DNA of 63,064 bases, counting the filler, from Octopus bimaculoides (Eukaryota): NCBI RefSeq assembly GCF_001194135.2. It is 4 parts of 4 records of this genome, joined end to end, with 100 filler letters (N's around TTAATTAATTAA, not from the genome) between each part and the next. Parts side by side here need not be neighbours in the genome. Positions count along the whole stretch, not along the records: positions 21,320 to 47,847 come from NC_068986.1; positions 47,948 to 60,851 come from NC_068982.1; 2 more parts are not named here. One strand, 5' to 3'. Shown piece by piece: positions 39,736 to 51,835 of this stretch (position 1 is its first letter; each line of letters begins with the position of its first letter). The notes beneath the pieces were generated by a model. It made no database searches and was not told the DNA's origin. It was given only the letters and a program-made list of their open reading frames with translations. Both the position numbers and the translations under genes were made by a program.

Positions 39736-40969
39736 CATATATATCTTAGGTCCTGGTAGGGTAAGAAGGCAAAGTGTTTCCGGAGAGAGAAGCACTAAAC
39801 CCGAGTTCTGGGCGATCAACAATGTCGGGTTCCAGACGAATACCGAATGTTGGTTTTAAGAGAGTAAAACCATTGTGTGGGTTTGGCGAAAAGTAAACTT
39901 TAATCCAAATAATAATACAAGGAAATCCTTTGACGCATCTTTAAGATATACTCTTTTACTCTTTTACTTCTTTCAGTCATTTCACTGCGGCCATGCTGGA
40001 GCACCACCCTTAGTAAGCACTCATTTGTACTCCGGTTGTCCGTAGACAGACAGACACACACACACACACACTTATATATATATATATATACACACATACA
40101 TTTATAGTACATAGACGCACATGAACCTAAGCAGCTTTATCTTAGTTCATCTAAGTGAGGCATTTACTCGCTGAGAGTGCAAACTCAACGGGTAGACCGT
40201 GTTAAGATTTAATATATGTATGGGGATTAAACAAACGTGTGATTACAGCCGAGAAAGAATTGCAGCCTGTAATATTAATATATGTGTCTGCAAGTATGGA
40301 TGTACATATACAAGGTAATATATGTGTGTGTGCATGTGTGTGTGTGTATGCATGTATGTATGTGTATGCGTGTGTAGATACATACACACACATATGTATT
40401 TAGGTATATAAAGCTTTCAGTTTATCACCGATCTACACTTTTCATTATTCACCCACCTCCTCCACATAGATTTAAATTCCAACAGCAAATATTTTCATCT
40501 CCCTTTCACCCTATCTATCTATCTATCACACTTACCCCTGATTCCCTCTCTCTCTCTCTCTTTCTGTATATATATNNNNNNNNNNATATTCCTCCCCCTC
40601 TATCACTTTTCCGTTTATACCCTCTCAATTGCCTCCCAATTCTGATACATTTCTCACTTATTCAGATTATTTCAGAAATATGCCTGTCTGATATATTCTT
40701 TCTTTGCTTATTCCATTGCATCGCTTTGACCTTTATGTTGCATCCATTCGTAACACCCCACTCACAACAATATCTCTAACAATTCGACTACCTTGCTCTC
40801 ACGTTCTCACTCTATTTTCTCACTTTTCCCTCTTCTTTACTCACTCTTCCCTCTTCTTTTCTCTCCTTTTCTCTCTCTTACCTAATATCGCTACTTATTT
40901 TCCTAGTTTTCTTGTTCTTGCATATCTTAATTTCACTGCGTCTTTCTCTTCTGCACAAACACCGCGAAC

Positions 40970-41277
40970 ACACACATACATACGTAAACACTCACTTTCT
41001 CCCTCCCTGGCTCTTTGTGCCATGTATACAGATATACACACGAATTTTCTCGTCGCTTTCAGAGTTTGTCCATTATTACATCCCTCTTTCTATGCGTGTG
41101 CATGTGTGTGTATGTATATATGTATATTTGTGTATATATAAATATATGTACATACACAGACGCGCGCATACAAAGAGGGGTGTAATAATGGAAAAACTCA
41201 AAGCGACGAGAAATTTGTGTGTCTGTATACATGGCAGAGGGAGCCAGAGAGGGAGAAAGTGAGTATGTTCGTATGCA

Positions 41278-41292
<15 letters not shown>
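40970..41292. repeat. Long inverted repeat (arms ~130 bp, AT/GT-rich spacer ~60 bp)
   Basis: ACTCACTTTCTCCCTCCCTGGCTC...GCCATGTATACAGA...TTTCTCGTCGCTTT...CCATTATTACA.CCCTCTTT is mirrored at 41162-41292. Confidence 0.9.
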
Positions 41293-41321
<29 letters not shown>

Positions 41322-41667
41322 NNNNNNNNNNNNNNNNNNNNNNNNNNNNNNNNNNNNNNNNNNNNNNNNNNNNNNNNNNNNNNNNNNNNNNNNNNNNNNN
41401 NNNNNNNNNNNNNNNNNNNNNNNNNNNNNNNNNNNNNNNNNNNNNNNNNNNNNNNNNNNNNNNNNNNNNNNNNNNNNNNNNNNNNNNNNNNNNNNNNNNN
41501 NNNNNNNNNNNNNNNNNNNNNNNNNNNNNNNNNNNNNNNNNNNNNNNNNNNNNNNNNNNNNNNNNNNNNNNNNNNNNNNNNNNNNNNNNNNNNNNNNNNN
41601 NNNNNNNNNNNNNNNNNNNNNNNNNNNNNNNNNNNNNNNNNNNNNNNNNNNNNNNNNNNNNNNNNNN

Positions 41668-41718
<51 letters not shown>

Positions 41719-43504
41719 TTATAAGCCTGTAAGTATGCGGGCATATATGTATGTAAATTCCTGTCAACCTTTTCAATACCGAACATTTGAAATATGCCAA
41801 TTTTACAGTAAATATATACAGTAGCAATTGATATTGATGTAAACATACAGCGCTATGTATACATCCATATGCACGCATACACTCACACGTGCATACAAGT
41901 ACATGTATGTATGTATGTAAGTATGTATGTATGTATTATGCATGCAAAACATCACACACAAAGAGTTTAGATACAATATCACAAGGAAAATAAACCACAG
42001 AAAAAAATGAAACATATTTCAACATTCCATATATTCTCTCTGTGGACATGGATTCAAACGCCTGGAGCTAATATTCATATTCCTGTTGCCTTCACCAGCA
42101 TGTGATTATGAGCATATGCAAATGATTAACGATTGTTCACAATCATTTATACCATTGGAATCTACCATACAAAAATTCGACTAAATTTAAATACGATCTC
42201 TTGGTGCAAAATGTTATACTTTTGAATTAATAAAGGCAATACCACCAACTTGTTAAAGGAAAACCTGGTGTTTGTACCCAACAGAAACCGAAAAATGCTA
42301 GATGGGTCTGAGTGTTATAGGATCAACGTGAACTTTAACCAGAGTTAGGTCTTTCATGAACTTCAATCAGTGCCTGCTACTTTTTTTCCCAAGATCAACC
42401 GTTTTCTTGGAGTGCTTTCGGTGGCTGGATTGATTCAAAGACCAAACGCATTGACAGCCACTTCGAAAGAGGTAAGAGTGAATGGCCATCCATGTCAACA
42501 GTATCGAATCACATGTTTGATCCCTCGAAATAATCTTATTCATTTACCCGAAAGGTTTTATTTCATTGTTCTCAGAATTAAATTTGTTGAAGTGCGCTCC
42601 ACTTGAACTCGAATGCGCGAAGACTACATCACTGCCATTCACACCATCACTGTTTGACACCGAAGTTTAGGTGTCGGTTACCATTGTGAACGAATTAGTG
42701 TAGTTACAGAAGCAAATGCTAAGTAGAACATACCAACCGACGTGCTCCCTCTGTAGACGCACATCTGTGCCGTAAGTATCTCAGATATGCTAAAACAAAA
42801 GATCAAAGCCTGAGGAATTGAAAGTGAAGACAAACGTGGAAAGGTATCTGTATTTAAAATAAAATATAGTACATAGAACTAACAAATTAGGGTATCCTGT
42901 ATCGTACATTCTTTGGTTTTTGTTACGATAATTTTGGAACAGCAATATAAAAGCAAACGCGAATATCAATATTACCAGGTTAAAAGAAACAATATATTCA
43001 GCAGATATTGTATTTGAGATAGAAGAAAGTAGAACCTCAAATCATCTTATACAGCAATATCAAAGCTAAGGCAGTCTATATGAAGAACTGACATCTACAA
43101 AAAATATATATATATATATTATGAGAGTGAGAATCATTCAAGCTTTAAGGAAATCAAAAAAGAAACCCCAAAACTGGAGTAAAGGAGAGAGAGATAACGC
43201 TACAGAAATATAACATAGGCATAGGTAAAAGCTTAAAATCAATACAAGGTATTCTTATGACCAAACAAACCCGTAGCTATGGTTAACACATGGCAATAAA
43301 ACAAAAAACAAAGAAAATGCAAAACGGTTCCATTAAAGACTCGCCAGGAATAAGTGGCAAAGAAATCTGCTAATACAGACGAATTAGGAACTTATGAAAA
43401 GAAATAGCATCTCTAAGGAAGAAGAATAGTCAAAGAACCGATCTCCACTTGTTTTCTGTCTGGCGTCTACACCATTCATGGTACGCTGGCGACACGAGAA
43501 CAAT

Positions 43505-43712
43505 AAATAAATTTTGGCCCAGTGTATGCATTTCTGAGTGGATTTGGTTTGTCGATTATATCGACCTCAGTACGGGACTGGTACTTTGTTTTATAGATCG
43601 CGAAATGATGAAAAGCAAAATAGACCTCGGAAGAAATTGTGCACAGAACGTAAAGATTTAGAAGAAATGCTGCTAAGCATTTTGTTGACGCTTAGTCGAT
43701 CAATTCTGCCAG
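43505..43712 (-). mobile_element. SINE family A, degenerate
   Basis: TCGATTATATCGACCTCAGTAC..CTGGTAC...GATGAAAAGCAAAATAGACCTCGG...CAGAACGTAAAG...ATTCTGCCAG. Confidence 0.7.
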
Positions 43713-44169
43713 ATAGACACATATTACATAATAATTTCTTTATAAAAGGTTTCTAGCAACAGAAACAATCATTTGTTGGATAGTTCATAAGGTCTGTAGA
43801 GGTACAAATAGTAGAGTGCTGCTTTTCTTGTCTTTCTTATATTACATGACAACCATTCTCGTTCCTAATCCAATTCCCGGCTGGAATGGTACAACTAAAG
43901 TATATACATAACTAAATGGTACAACTAAAATATATATAATTAACGTATATACTAAAATATATATTTGTGAAATTGTAAGGAAAATAGATGTTCTTCGTTA
44001 TATTAATCTAAATATTCAAAATCGTTATTATATATATAGTGTATAATATATATTATTAGTTATGCATATTCATCAAGGATAAACATAAAGATTGCATCAA
44101 TTGTACTCATTGGTTCTATACTCACTTCGTATAATTTTATTATTATAACCAACAGATTGGCGAATTAGA

Positions 44170-44842
44170 GTAGTGGTACAACAAAGCACCAATATTTACT
44201 GGAATTAGCACTCTATACATTTACGGCGCTATACAAAAGCTTCAATGTGAATATAGTGGCAAAGACGTCTGAGGGCTGCAAACATAAAAAAAAATTGTTT
44301 AGAAAGAACATTTAGAAAGAACATTTTATAAATGGATAACCCAGAATCGGATAATCCAGTACCTAGATTTCGGACACTTCAAATACGTTTGTCATCGTAA
44401 ATTTGATTAGGTTTCATCAGCTGGATTTACCTGGACAATATTTCAAATGAGGCTACATCAATGCCAGTATACACGCCTGAACGCTTAGCCGTTAAGAGGC
44501 CGAGAACAGTGAAAAACTTTTCAATGAAACATAGAATATTGCAATACAAATGTATTCCTTTCCAGTAAAATAATGCACCGTAAAGGTAGAAGTATAAATA
44601 TAAAGTAGTTGTACAGCAAAGCACCAATGTTTACTGGAAATAGCAGCCGAAACATTTACGATGCTATAAAAAATCTTCAATGTGTATACACTGGCAAAGA
44701 CGTGTGAAGGCAGCAAACAAAAAAGAAAAAAAATGTTTTACCTCTAGGAAGAACATTACATAAATGGACAACCCAGAATCGGATAATCCAGTACCTAGGT
44801 TTCGCACACTTTAAATACGTTTATCATCGTAAATTTGATTAT
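44170..44842 (+). repeat. Diverged direct duplication of ~240 bp (44170-44410 and 44607-44842)
   Basis: Both copies read ..GTACA.CAAAGCACCAAT.TTTACTGGAA.TAGCA...GGCAAAGACGT...AACCCAGAATCGGATAATCCAGTACCTAG.TTTCG...CATCGTAAATTTGATTA. Confidence 0.9.
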
Positions 44843-44999
44843 AATATATATATTATAGGTGCTATAATTTGTTTGTTTTATATATATATATATATATACA
44901 CGTAAAATATATAGGGTAGCAAGTTTTTAGACATTTCAATAGCAGTGGCCTAGTGTGTATAAAAAGTCAATAGACAACATATTATCTATATAAAATTGC

Positions 45000-45386
45000 T
45001 GTACATTTAAACACAAGAAAGGCGGCCTTTAACAGGCAGCCTTACACTCTAGAAGAAGCAGTCAAAATGAACAAAACCAACATTAAGAGAAATTTCGATG
45101 AGAATGAAAAATAAAAACTTTTACCTGTTTTTTTTTTTTACAGCCATACCTAGGTTTCAAACTCTAATTAGCAAATGTGATGAACACTCCACCTAGCAAA
45201 TTATTTTATTTGCTAATTAGAGTTTGAAACCTAGGTATGGCTGTAAAAAACAAGGTAAAAGTTTTTTTTTGTTTTGATTCCCTTCGAAATTGCTCTTAAA
45301 TGTGGTTTTGGTCGTTTTGACTGCTTCTTCTAGTGTGTAAGGCTGCCGGCCTGTTAAAGGTAGCCTCTCTTGTGTCTGAATGTACA
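45000..45386. mobile_element. Foldback element with ~175-bp inverted arms and ~31-nt loop
   Basis: TGTACATT...CCTTTAACAGG...GCAGCCTTACAC.CTAGAAGAAGCAGTCAAAA...TTACAGCCATACCTAGGTTTCAAACTCTAATTAGCAAAT is mirrored at 45208-45386. Confidence 0.9.
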
Positions 45387-46825
45387 CTATATATATATCA
45401 ATANNNNNNNNNNNNNNNNNNNNNNNNNNNNNNNNNNNNNNNNNNNNNNNNNNNNNNNNNNNNNNNNNNNNNNNNNNNNNNNNNNNNNNNNNNNNNNNNN
45501 NNNNNNNNNNNNNNNNNNNNNNNNNNNNNNNNNNNNNNNNNNNNNNNNNNNNNNNNNNNNNNNNNNNNNNNNNNNNNNNNNNNNNNNNNNNNNNNNNNNN
45601 NNNNNNNNNNNNNNNNNNNNNNNNNNNNNNNNNNNNNNNNNNTATATATATATATATATATATATATATGCATGTATGTATCTATAGGTATATATACGTA
45701 TGTATGTATATAGCACCTCCATAATAAACTGCATGTAGTCTCTGGACATATCAAAAATACCAGTCGTATCTAACTTAAAGCACACATTGCCCCTTAAGTA
45801 AAAGAAGGACATATTAGTTGATGCACTCATAAATACTCCTGACTATGACGGAATGGTGATATTACTTCTTTCAGAGTCGATGGCCTTGAAATAAAGCAAC
45901 AGCAACGATAAAATCAACCCTAGCAACAATTGTAACCACAGCAATATTATAAATGAAGCACCCAGGTGTTAGACTAAAAGTGGACAGCTCAGTGATTAGA
46001 GTAATTAAAGTGAATTACGTGAGGTGGTAAATTAAGCTGTTAGAACATCTTTGGACTGCAGTGAATAAACTAATTGGAACGTTAGAAAAACCAGTAATCT
46101 AAGCAACTTAATGCATCGGCGTCTGTTCTCTGAAACGAAGAATATTCTATCAACAAATTTTCCAGAAGAAATCTAATTGTTTGTCATGCTTTAGATGTAG
46201 GTATTGGCAATTGCGTTATGATAATGCACAATTATAATGAAGACAGATAGCCTTCAGATGATGAAACATAATAATGCATTTGTAATGAAGCTTTTATTTC
46301 ATAACTCTTCTGTTTTGACTATTTACGTCTCTTCGGTTTTTCTATAAATATAGAAAATTCTGTCTGTAGAAATACTAAGTGTAATTTATATATTTCTAAA
46401 ATAATTCTGGAAGATGCACAGAGAAGATTTTAATATTCTGCTTTTGATATACATATTAGTGAAATAATATTTAACATTCGGAAATCTTACACTTTTCAAT
46501 AAAGCCTTTCGTATAATATTATTACTTTCACATATTTTCTCTGTGAATATTAAATCTCAAAACAGCATAGGAGACAAAAATACAGCAACAATGTGTTTGC
46601 CTCAATTCTAACACTGCACTGTAACTTTTTTAAAACAAGAAAGAAACATAGTCCGAGGAATATCATATTTGAAGGAAAATTATCATAGTTATCTAACAGC
46701 AGGAGAGTCCATGATGTATCTATACGTACTTGTATATCTATTTCTCAAAATTTATAGCTTATAATTGAAAGAGGAAAGTATACTCAATATGTAATGTAGA
46801 CGATATTCACTGCATATGTCTCATT

Positions 46826-47847
46826 CACGCTGAAACATGCATTTGGAACATCAACTGATGGTGCTTACCTCCACACCAGATCAAGTTGCAAATTGTTTAG
46901 TCTGTCGAGGTTGAAAGCGAAAATCAAGTTGCGACAGGTACTCGTCAGAGAAATGCTGTTCGCAGACGATGCAGTACCGACAGCGCACTCTGAAGAGCAA
47001 ATGCAGCACACCGTGGACAAACTTTGAAAGTACTGTTAGAAATTCAGCCTGACTGTTAGTCTCCAGAAGACCAAAGTAATGGGTCAAAGTTTCAAGGAGG
47101 CCTCCACCATCACCATCAACAACTACAAGCTGGAGGTAGTCCATCAATTCACATGTCTCGGCTCTACCATTGCTGATTAATTCTCTCTGGACCCTGAGAT
47201 CAATAGGTGAATCGGACAAGCATCCACCGCATCTGTCAGGCTCAGAAAGAGAGTTTGAGAAAAAAAGAAAAGAACTGGCTGCAAACACCAAATTTGAAGT
47301 CTATAAGGCGAGCGTGCTTAGTACGTTAATTTTATGGCAGTGAGACGTGGAGCCTCTAATCTAGATAGAAGCGGCGTCGCAACGTTTTTCACCTTCCTAA
47401 TTTCAGGCGCATCTTGGACTTCAAGCAGACCGACCACACTTCTAACACCGAAGTCCTCAACCGAGTCAAGAGACCCAGCCTACGCATCTTGCTCTAGTTT
47501 CATCGTTTGCGCCGACTCGGTCATGTTCATCGTATGTCAGACGGAGGGATCTCAAAATACCTCTTGTATAAGGAATTGGCCACCGGAACAAAAGCACGAG
47601 GACGACCTCATACTCGATTTAAAGACGTCTGAAAGAGAGACATGAAGTCACTTGATCTGAAGTCCTGAGATGGGAGGAGGTTGCAAATGATCGCCCACAC
47701 TGGAGGCAAATATTGCGAAAGGGAATGAAGACAGCGCAAGAAAAACAGTAACACGCCATCAAAGAAAAGCGCACTCGTCGGAAGGAGAAATCAGTAGCTC
47801 CAGCAGGGAGCTACTTCAAATGCAGTCACTGTATGCAGGAATGCCAC
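46826..47847 (+). mobile_element. RTE-clade LINE, 3' half of RT ORF with C-terminal zinc finger, degenerate
   Basis: LKHAFGTSTDGAYLHTRSSCKLFSLSRLKAKIKLRQVLVREMLFADDA...SLQKTKVMGQ...LEVVHQFTCLGSTI...VYKASVLSTLIYGSETW...YFKCSHCMQECH; several stops; cut by a scaffold join. Confidence 0.9.
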
Positions 47848-47947
47848 NNNNNNNNNNNNNNNNNNNNNNNNNNNNNNNNNNNNNNNNNNNNTTAATTAAT
47901 TAANNNNNNNNNNNNNNNNNNNNNNNNNNNNNNNNNNNNNNNNNNNN
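47848..47947. other. Artificial scaffold-join placeholder 44N-TTAATTAATTAA-44N
   Basis: Same cassette as 21220-21319. Confidence 0.95.
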
Positions 47948-47961
47948 CCCCCCCCCTCTCA

Positions 47962-48002
<41 letters not shown>

Positions 48003-48534
48003 TATATATATATGTCGGCGTCATCGTCGTCGGGTTTTTCTCGTATACGAGAATTTAGTGTCTTCGTTGCTGTATGTATGTATATTTGTATGAGTGTTGT
48101 ACTTACTTGTAAAGCGACATTATCTTGGAGACCATGTGTTGAAGCTGAAGCAATTTCATCGTCAAAAAGACATTTTAATCATTGTTTAGCATACAACTGC
48201 TGGCGAATGCGCATTTTATTTGTTTCTTGAAGTGTTACAAGATTCATCGCACACCTGCGACCAAGCCACTGAAAATCTTTGAAATTTAGTTAATGACCAG
48301 CTGTTATAGATTTAAAGTTATATATCTTGTTTAACTTTCACTCATATGGGGCTGTTGATATTGCGTCGCGGTCACACAATGTTACTTTCAGCTTCTGACA
48401 TCTCGTCTGTTTACTATAATGATATACCTGATAGTTTAGATATCAATTATATAATTGCATATACATGCATATACGTTTATGTGTATGTACAATTGTGTGT
48501 GTGTATGTGCGTGTGTATGTATGTGCGCGTGTGT

Positions 48535-48601
<67 letters not shown>

Positions 48602-49027
48602 NNNNNNNNNNNNNNNNNNNNNNNNNNNNNNNNNNNNNNNNNNNNNNNNNNNNNNNNNNNNNNNNNNNNNNNNNNNNNNNNNNNNNNNNNNNNNNNNNNN
48701 NNNNNNNNNNNNNNNNNNNNNNNNNNNNNNNNNNNNNNNNNNNNNNNNNNNNNNNNNNNNNNNNNNNNNNNNNNNNNNNNNNNNNNNNNNNNNNNNNNNN
48801 NNNNNNNNNNNNNNNNNNNNNNNNNNNNNNNNNNNNNNNNNNNNNNNNNNNNNNNNNNNNNNNNNNNNNNNNNNNNNNNNNNNNNNNNNNNNNNNNNNNN
48901 NNNNNNNNNNNNNNNNNNNNNNNNNNNNNNNNNNNNNNNNNNNNNNNNNNNNNNNNNNNNNNNNNNNNNNNNNNNNNNNNNNNNNNNNNNNNNNNNNNNN
49001 NNNNNNNNNNNNNNNNNNTATATATAT

Positions 49028-49064
<37 letters not shown>

Positions 49065-49794
49065 AATATATTAGAACCCCTTCTTCAGGACATTTACAAA
49101 GAAAAGACGTTAGTTGTTGATTTCTCTGCTCTGTACATATTATAGAGCGGCAAAATAAGCTGGCGACACTTTTTACCCAAAACTGAAATATTGATAATCC
49201 AGGGAACATATACTAATCATCGACCTGTATAATGACTTTTATAACTGGCATTGTTTTGGATTAAAATAAAATATATTTAAAGCATTTACCTATACATATA
49301 AACATTATTACTCCGAGTTTCATGTCTTTGATCTTCAGTCTATTGTATTGAGTATGATATGCATAACAATGACAAACTAGCATAAGACAGAACAAGTTGC
49401 AAATATTTGAATACATGGTAAATTTTGTTTGGATACTATAAAAAAAAAACAACAACTTTTGAGTGATTTCTATTTACATAAAACCATAAAGAAGAAATAA
49501 CATAAAGAAGAATGAAATAAAAATGCGATGATAAACGGGTGTCGAAATTGCGTGTATAGAATATAATTTCATGTATATTGATGAAAATATAAATTGTTTG
49601 TGGACAAAGATACAAACAAAATCTAATTAAATTTGTGTGATTTGTGCAGCAGAGATATTAATGAGCAAAAAAACACTAAAACGTCTGTAAAAATTGTTAA
49701 TTTTGTCGGAATGGAGGCAAAAAATTAACTCAAATTGTTACGTGATCCAATTGATTCCGACAATTTCTTAGTAGTTACGGTATAGTACATTTTT

Positions 49795-49839
<45 letters not shown>

Positions 49840-49913
49840 TCACTTAGAAGCGCGTTTAAAATCATATCTTAATGTTAAACTTTCAGGCGGTTAGAATGAG
49901 ACGTGCATTATTT

Positions 49914-50057
49914 TGAGTTCGGCACAACTGTAACTAAGTTTTGATTGAAAACTACCGTATTGGTATAATGAAGCAAATTCTGTCATTGACCAGAAACATA
50001 TGCCGTGTTGCATTTTTCAGAAAGTATATCTACTTTGATGAAGTTGTGCCGAATTTG
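49914..50057. mobile_element. Possible small MITE
   Basis: Perfect 12-bp inverted repeat TTCGGCACAACT (49918-49929) / AGTTGTGCCGAA (50042-50053), with weak extension inward. Confidence 0.35.
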
Positions 50058-50619
50058 CCGGGTTACTAAAGGAAAAGTTATGCTGATAAAGGCGAGCATC
50101 AATAGTATGTTCAGTTAATTCAAAGAGAGTAGTTAATTCCAGAGACTAGTTTCAGAGTCATTGCTCTTAATCAGTCTGGAATAGCTTGGCTTGCTAGCTT
50201 GGTGGTGGTGCTTATCTCCCCTGTTTGAAAACTTAAGGACACAGAACGCTTGTGACACATAGCCAACTGGAAACGGTGTTTCCTGGGGCTAAATAGCAGT
50301 AACATTACTCCCTTTCCTGGGACTGCCACATTAAGTTGGCAACAGACCATCACTTTATTGTGCTACTACTGTATAAGTCTCTCTGAGAGATTTAGAAATG
50401 GAATATTTTTAATTTATTAATTTGCTTATTCTTAAATCCATCTACTTCTAGTTAGGACATAGTTCTCGATGCTATGCCTATATTCTCTGTAACTTTCTCT
50501 CTTCACCGACAGAAGATCGAGCGTATAAGTGCCTATATTTTCACACATACATATCTATCCTATTACTCCCATGAAAACATCAAATGTTCCGCTTCTTTTT
50601 TTTGTTTTTTTTTCTTAAT

Positions 50620-51200
50620 CAAAGTAAAATTACAAGAGAACAAGAAGGGTTTTCTTGCATGCACCATTACATTAATATGGCAGTCGTCAATCATAGTGAT
50701 TGCATTTGCAAAGGCCAAACCTCTGAAAAGAACGGTCATCGTGATGGAAGGATAGAAATCAATGATTTCAAATTGAGCAAATTTACAATATTACTCGTCC
50801 TGGACTCCGCGAAATCATTCAAAAGGCTTCTATATTGTTGCTCTACAAAGGAAGATTAACATCTTACTTTTTGTAAAGATTATTCGCTCTGTAATTTATG
50901 TTTAATTATTTGCTAATTCAGAGTTTGGAAGGTTAATTAACCTAGATTTCGGATTACTGTTGAAGTTGAATTTGTAGTGCCTAAACATAATATGTTGTTT
51001 CGGTCGTGCTAGGCAATCTACTTTATCATCTACTATAGCATAACATTTTCATTAGCATCTTGGTATAAGATGGTGTATGTGCTAGCTCCAGAAGATTTAC
51101 TTTTATTAGCGATATTATTCGATAATTTTCTATGGTTGCTACTTTTCATTGGTTACGCTGTGGAGATTTTAATCTTACCAGACAAAACATGCTCTTCCTA
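50620..51200 (-). mobile_element. Penelope-like element RT relic
   Basis: DKVDCLARPKQHIMFRHYKFNFNSNPKSRLIN..NSEL (cf. ITLKDHKxNFxNNPKCRLINPAKSE) and CKFAQFEIIDFYPSIT...GLAFA...HARKPFL (cf. FxQFDIVDFYPSI...HARKSLL). Confidence 0.8.
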
Positions 51201-51613
51201 CACATTGCGTAAACATACCGTCTTATAGACTATGTTTATTTTTGGCTGGGGTGATCGTAAGTATAACGAACAGAAACAACAATCTCCTCATTCTGTTGGA
51301 TCAGAGTCCCGTCCAACACAACAGTACAAACCATTTTTTCTGTCACATAAGTTTATCTCATTTTATGAATTTTGATAATCGCTTGAAGGTCATCATCCAC
51401 AATGTTACACAGGAGGCGAGGATTTCTGTTACTCCGAACAAGGAACAATGGATTTTAATCGACCACTTACAAAAGTGGTCAGTGTATGTCTATCATCCTT
51501 CCTCTAAGGAACAACAGAAAGTGGCAATCGATGTCATAGTGAAAAGATTAAAACTACTTAGGAAGGACATTAAAACTACTCAGGAAAGTTTGATGTAATA
51601 TTTGTGATGAATA

Positions 51614-51835
51614 AGGCGGCGAGCTAGCAGAAATGTTAGCACGCAGGGCAAAATGCTTAGCGGTATTTCATCTGTCTTTATGTTTTGAGTTCAAATTCCG
51701 CCGAGGTTTACTCTGCCTTTCATCCTTTCGGGGTCGATAAATTAAGTACCAGTTGCGTACTGGAATCATTCTAATCGACTGGCCCTGCCTTCCCCCAAAA
51801 TTTCGGGCCTTGTGCCGAGAGCAGAAAAGAATATT
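51614..51835 (+). mobile_element. SINE family A, full length
   Basis: GGCGGCGAGCTAGCAGAAATGTTAGCACG...GAGTTCAAATTCCGCCGAGG...GCCTTTCATCCTTTCGGGGTCGATAAATTAAGTACCAGTT...GGCCTTGTGCC. Confidence 0.9.

Noticed and set aside
42393-42472. Possible exon between TTTTTTTTCCCAAG and GAG|GTAAGA, open in two frames
   Set aside because: Neither peptide (INRFLGVLSVAG... or QPFSWSAFGGWIDSK...) is recognisable, and no partner exons were found.
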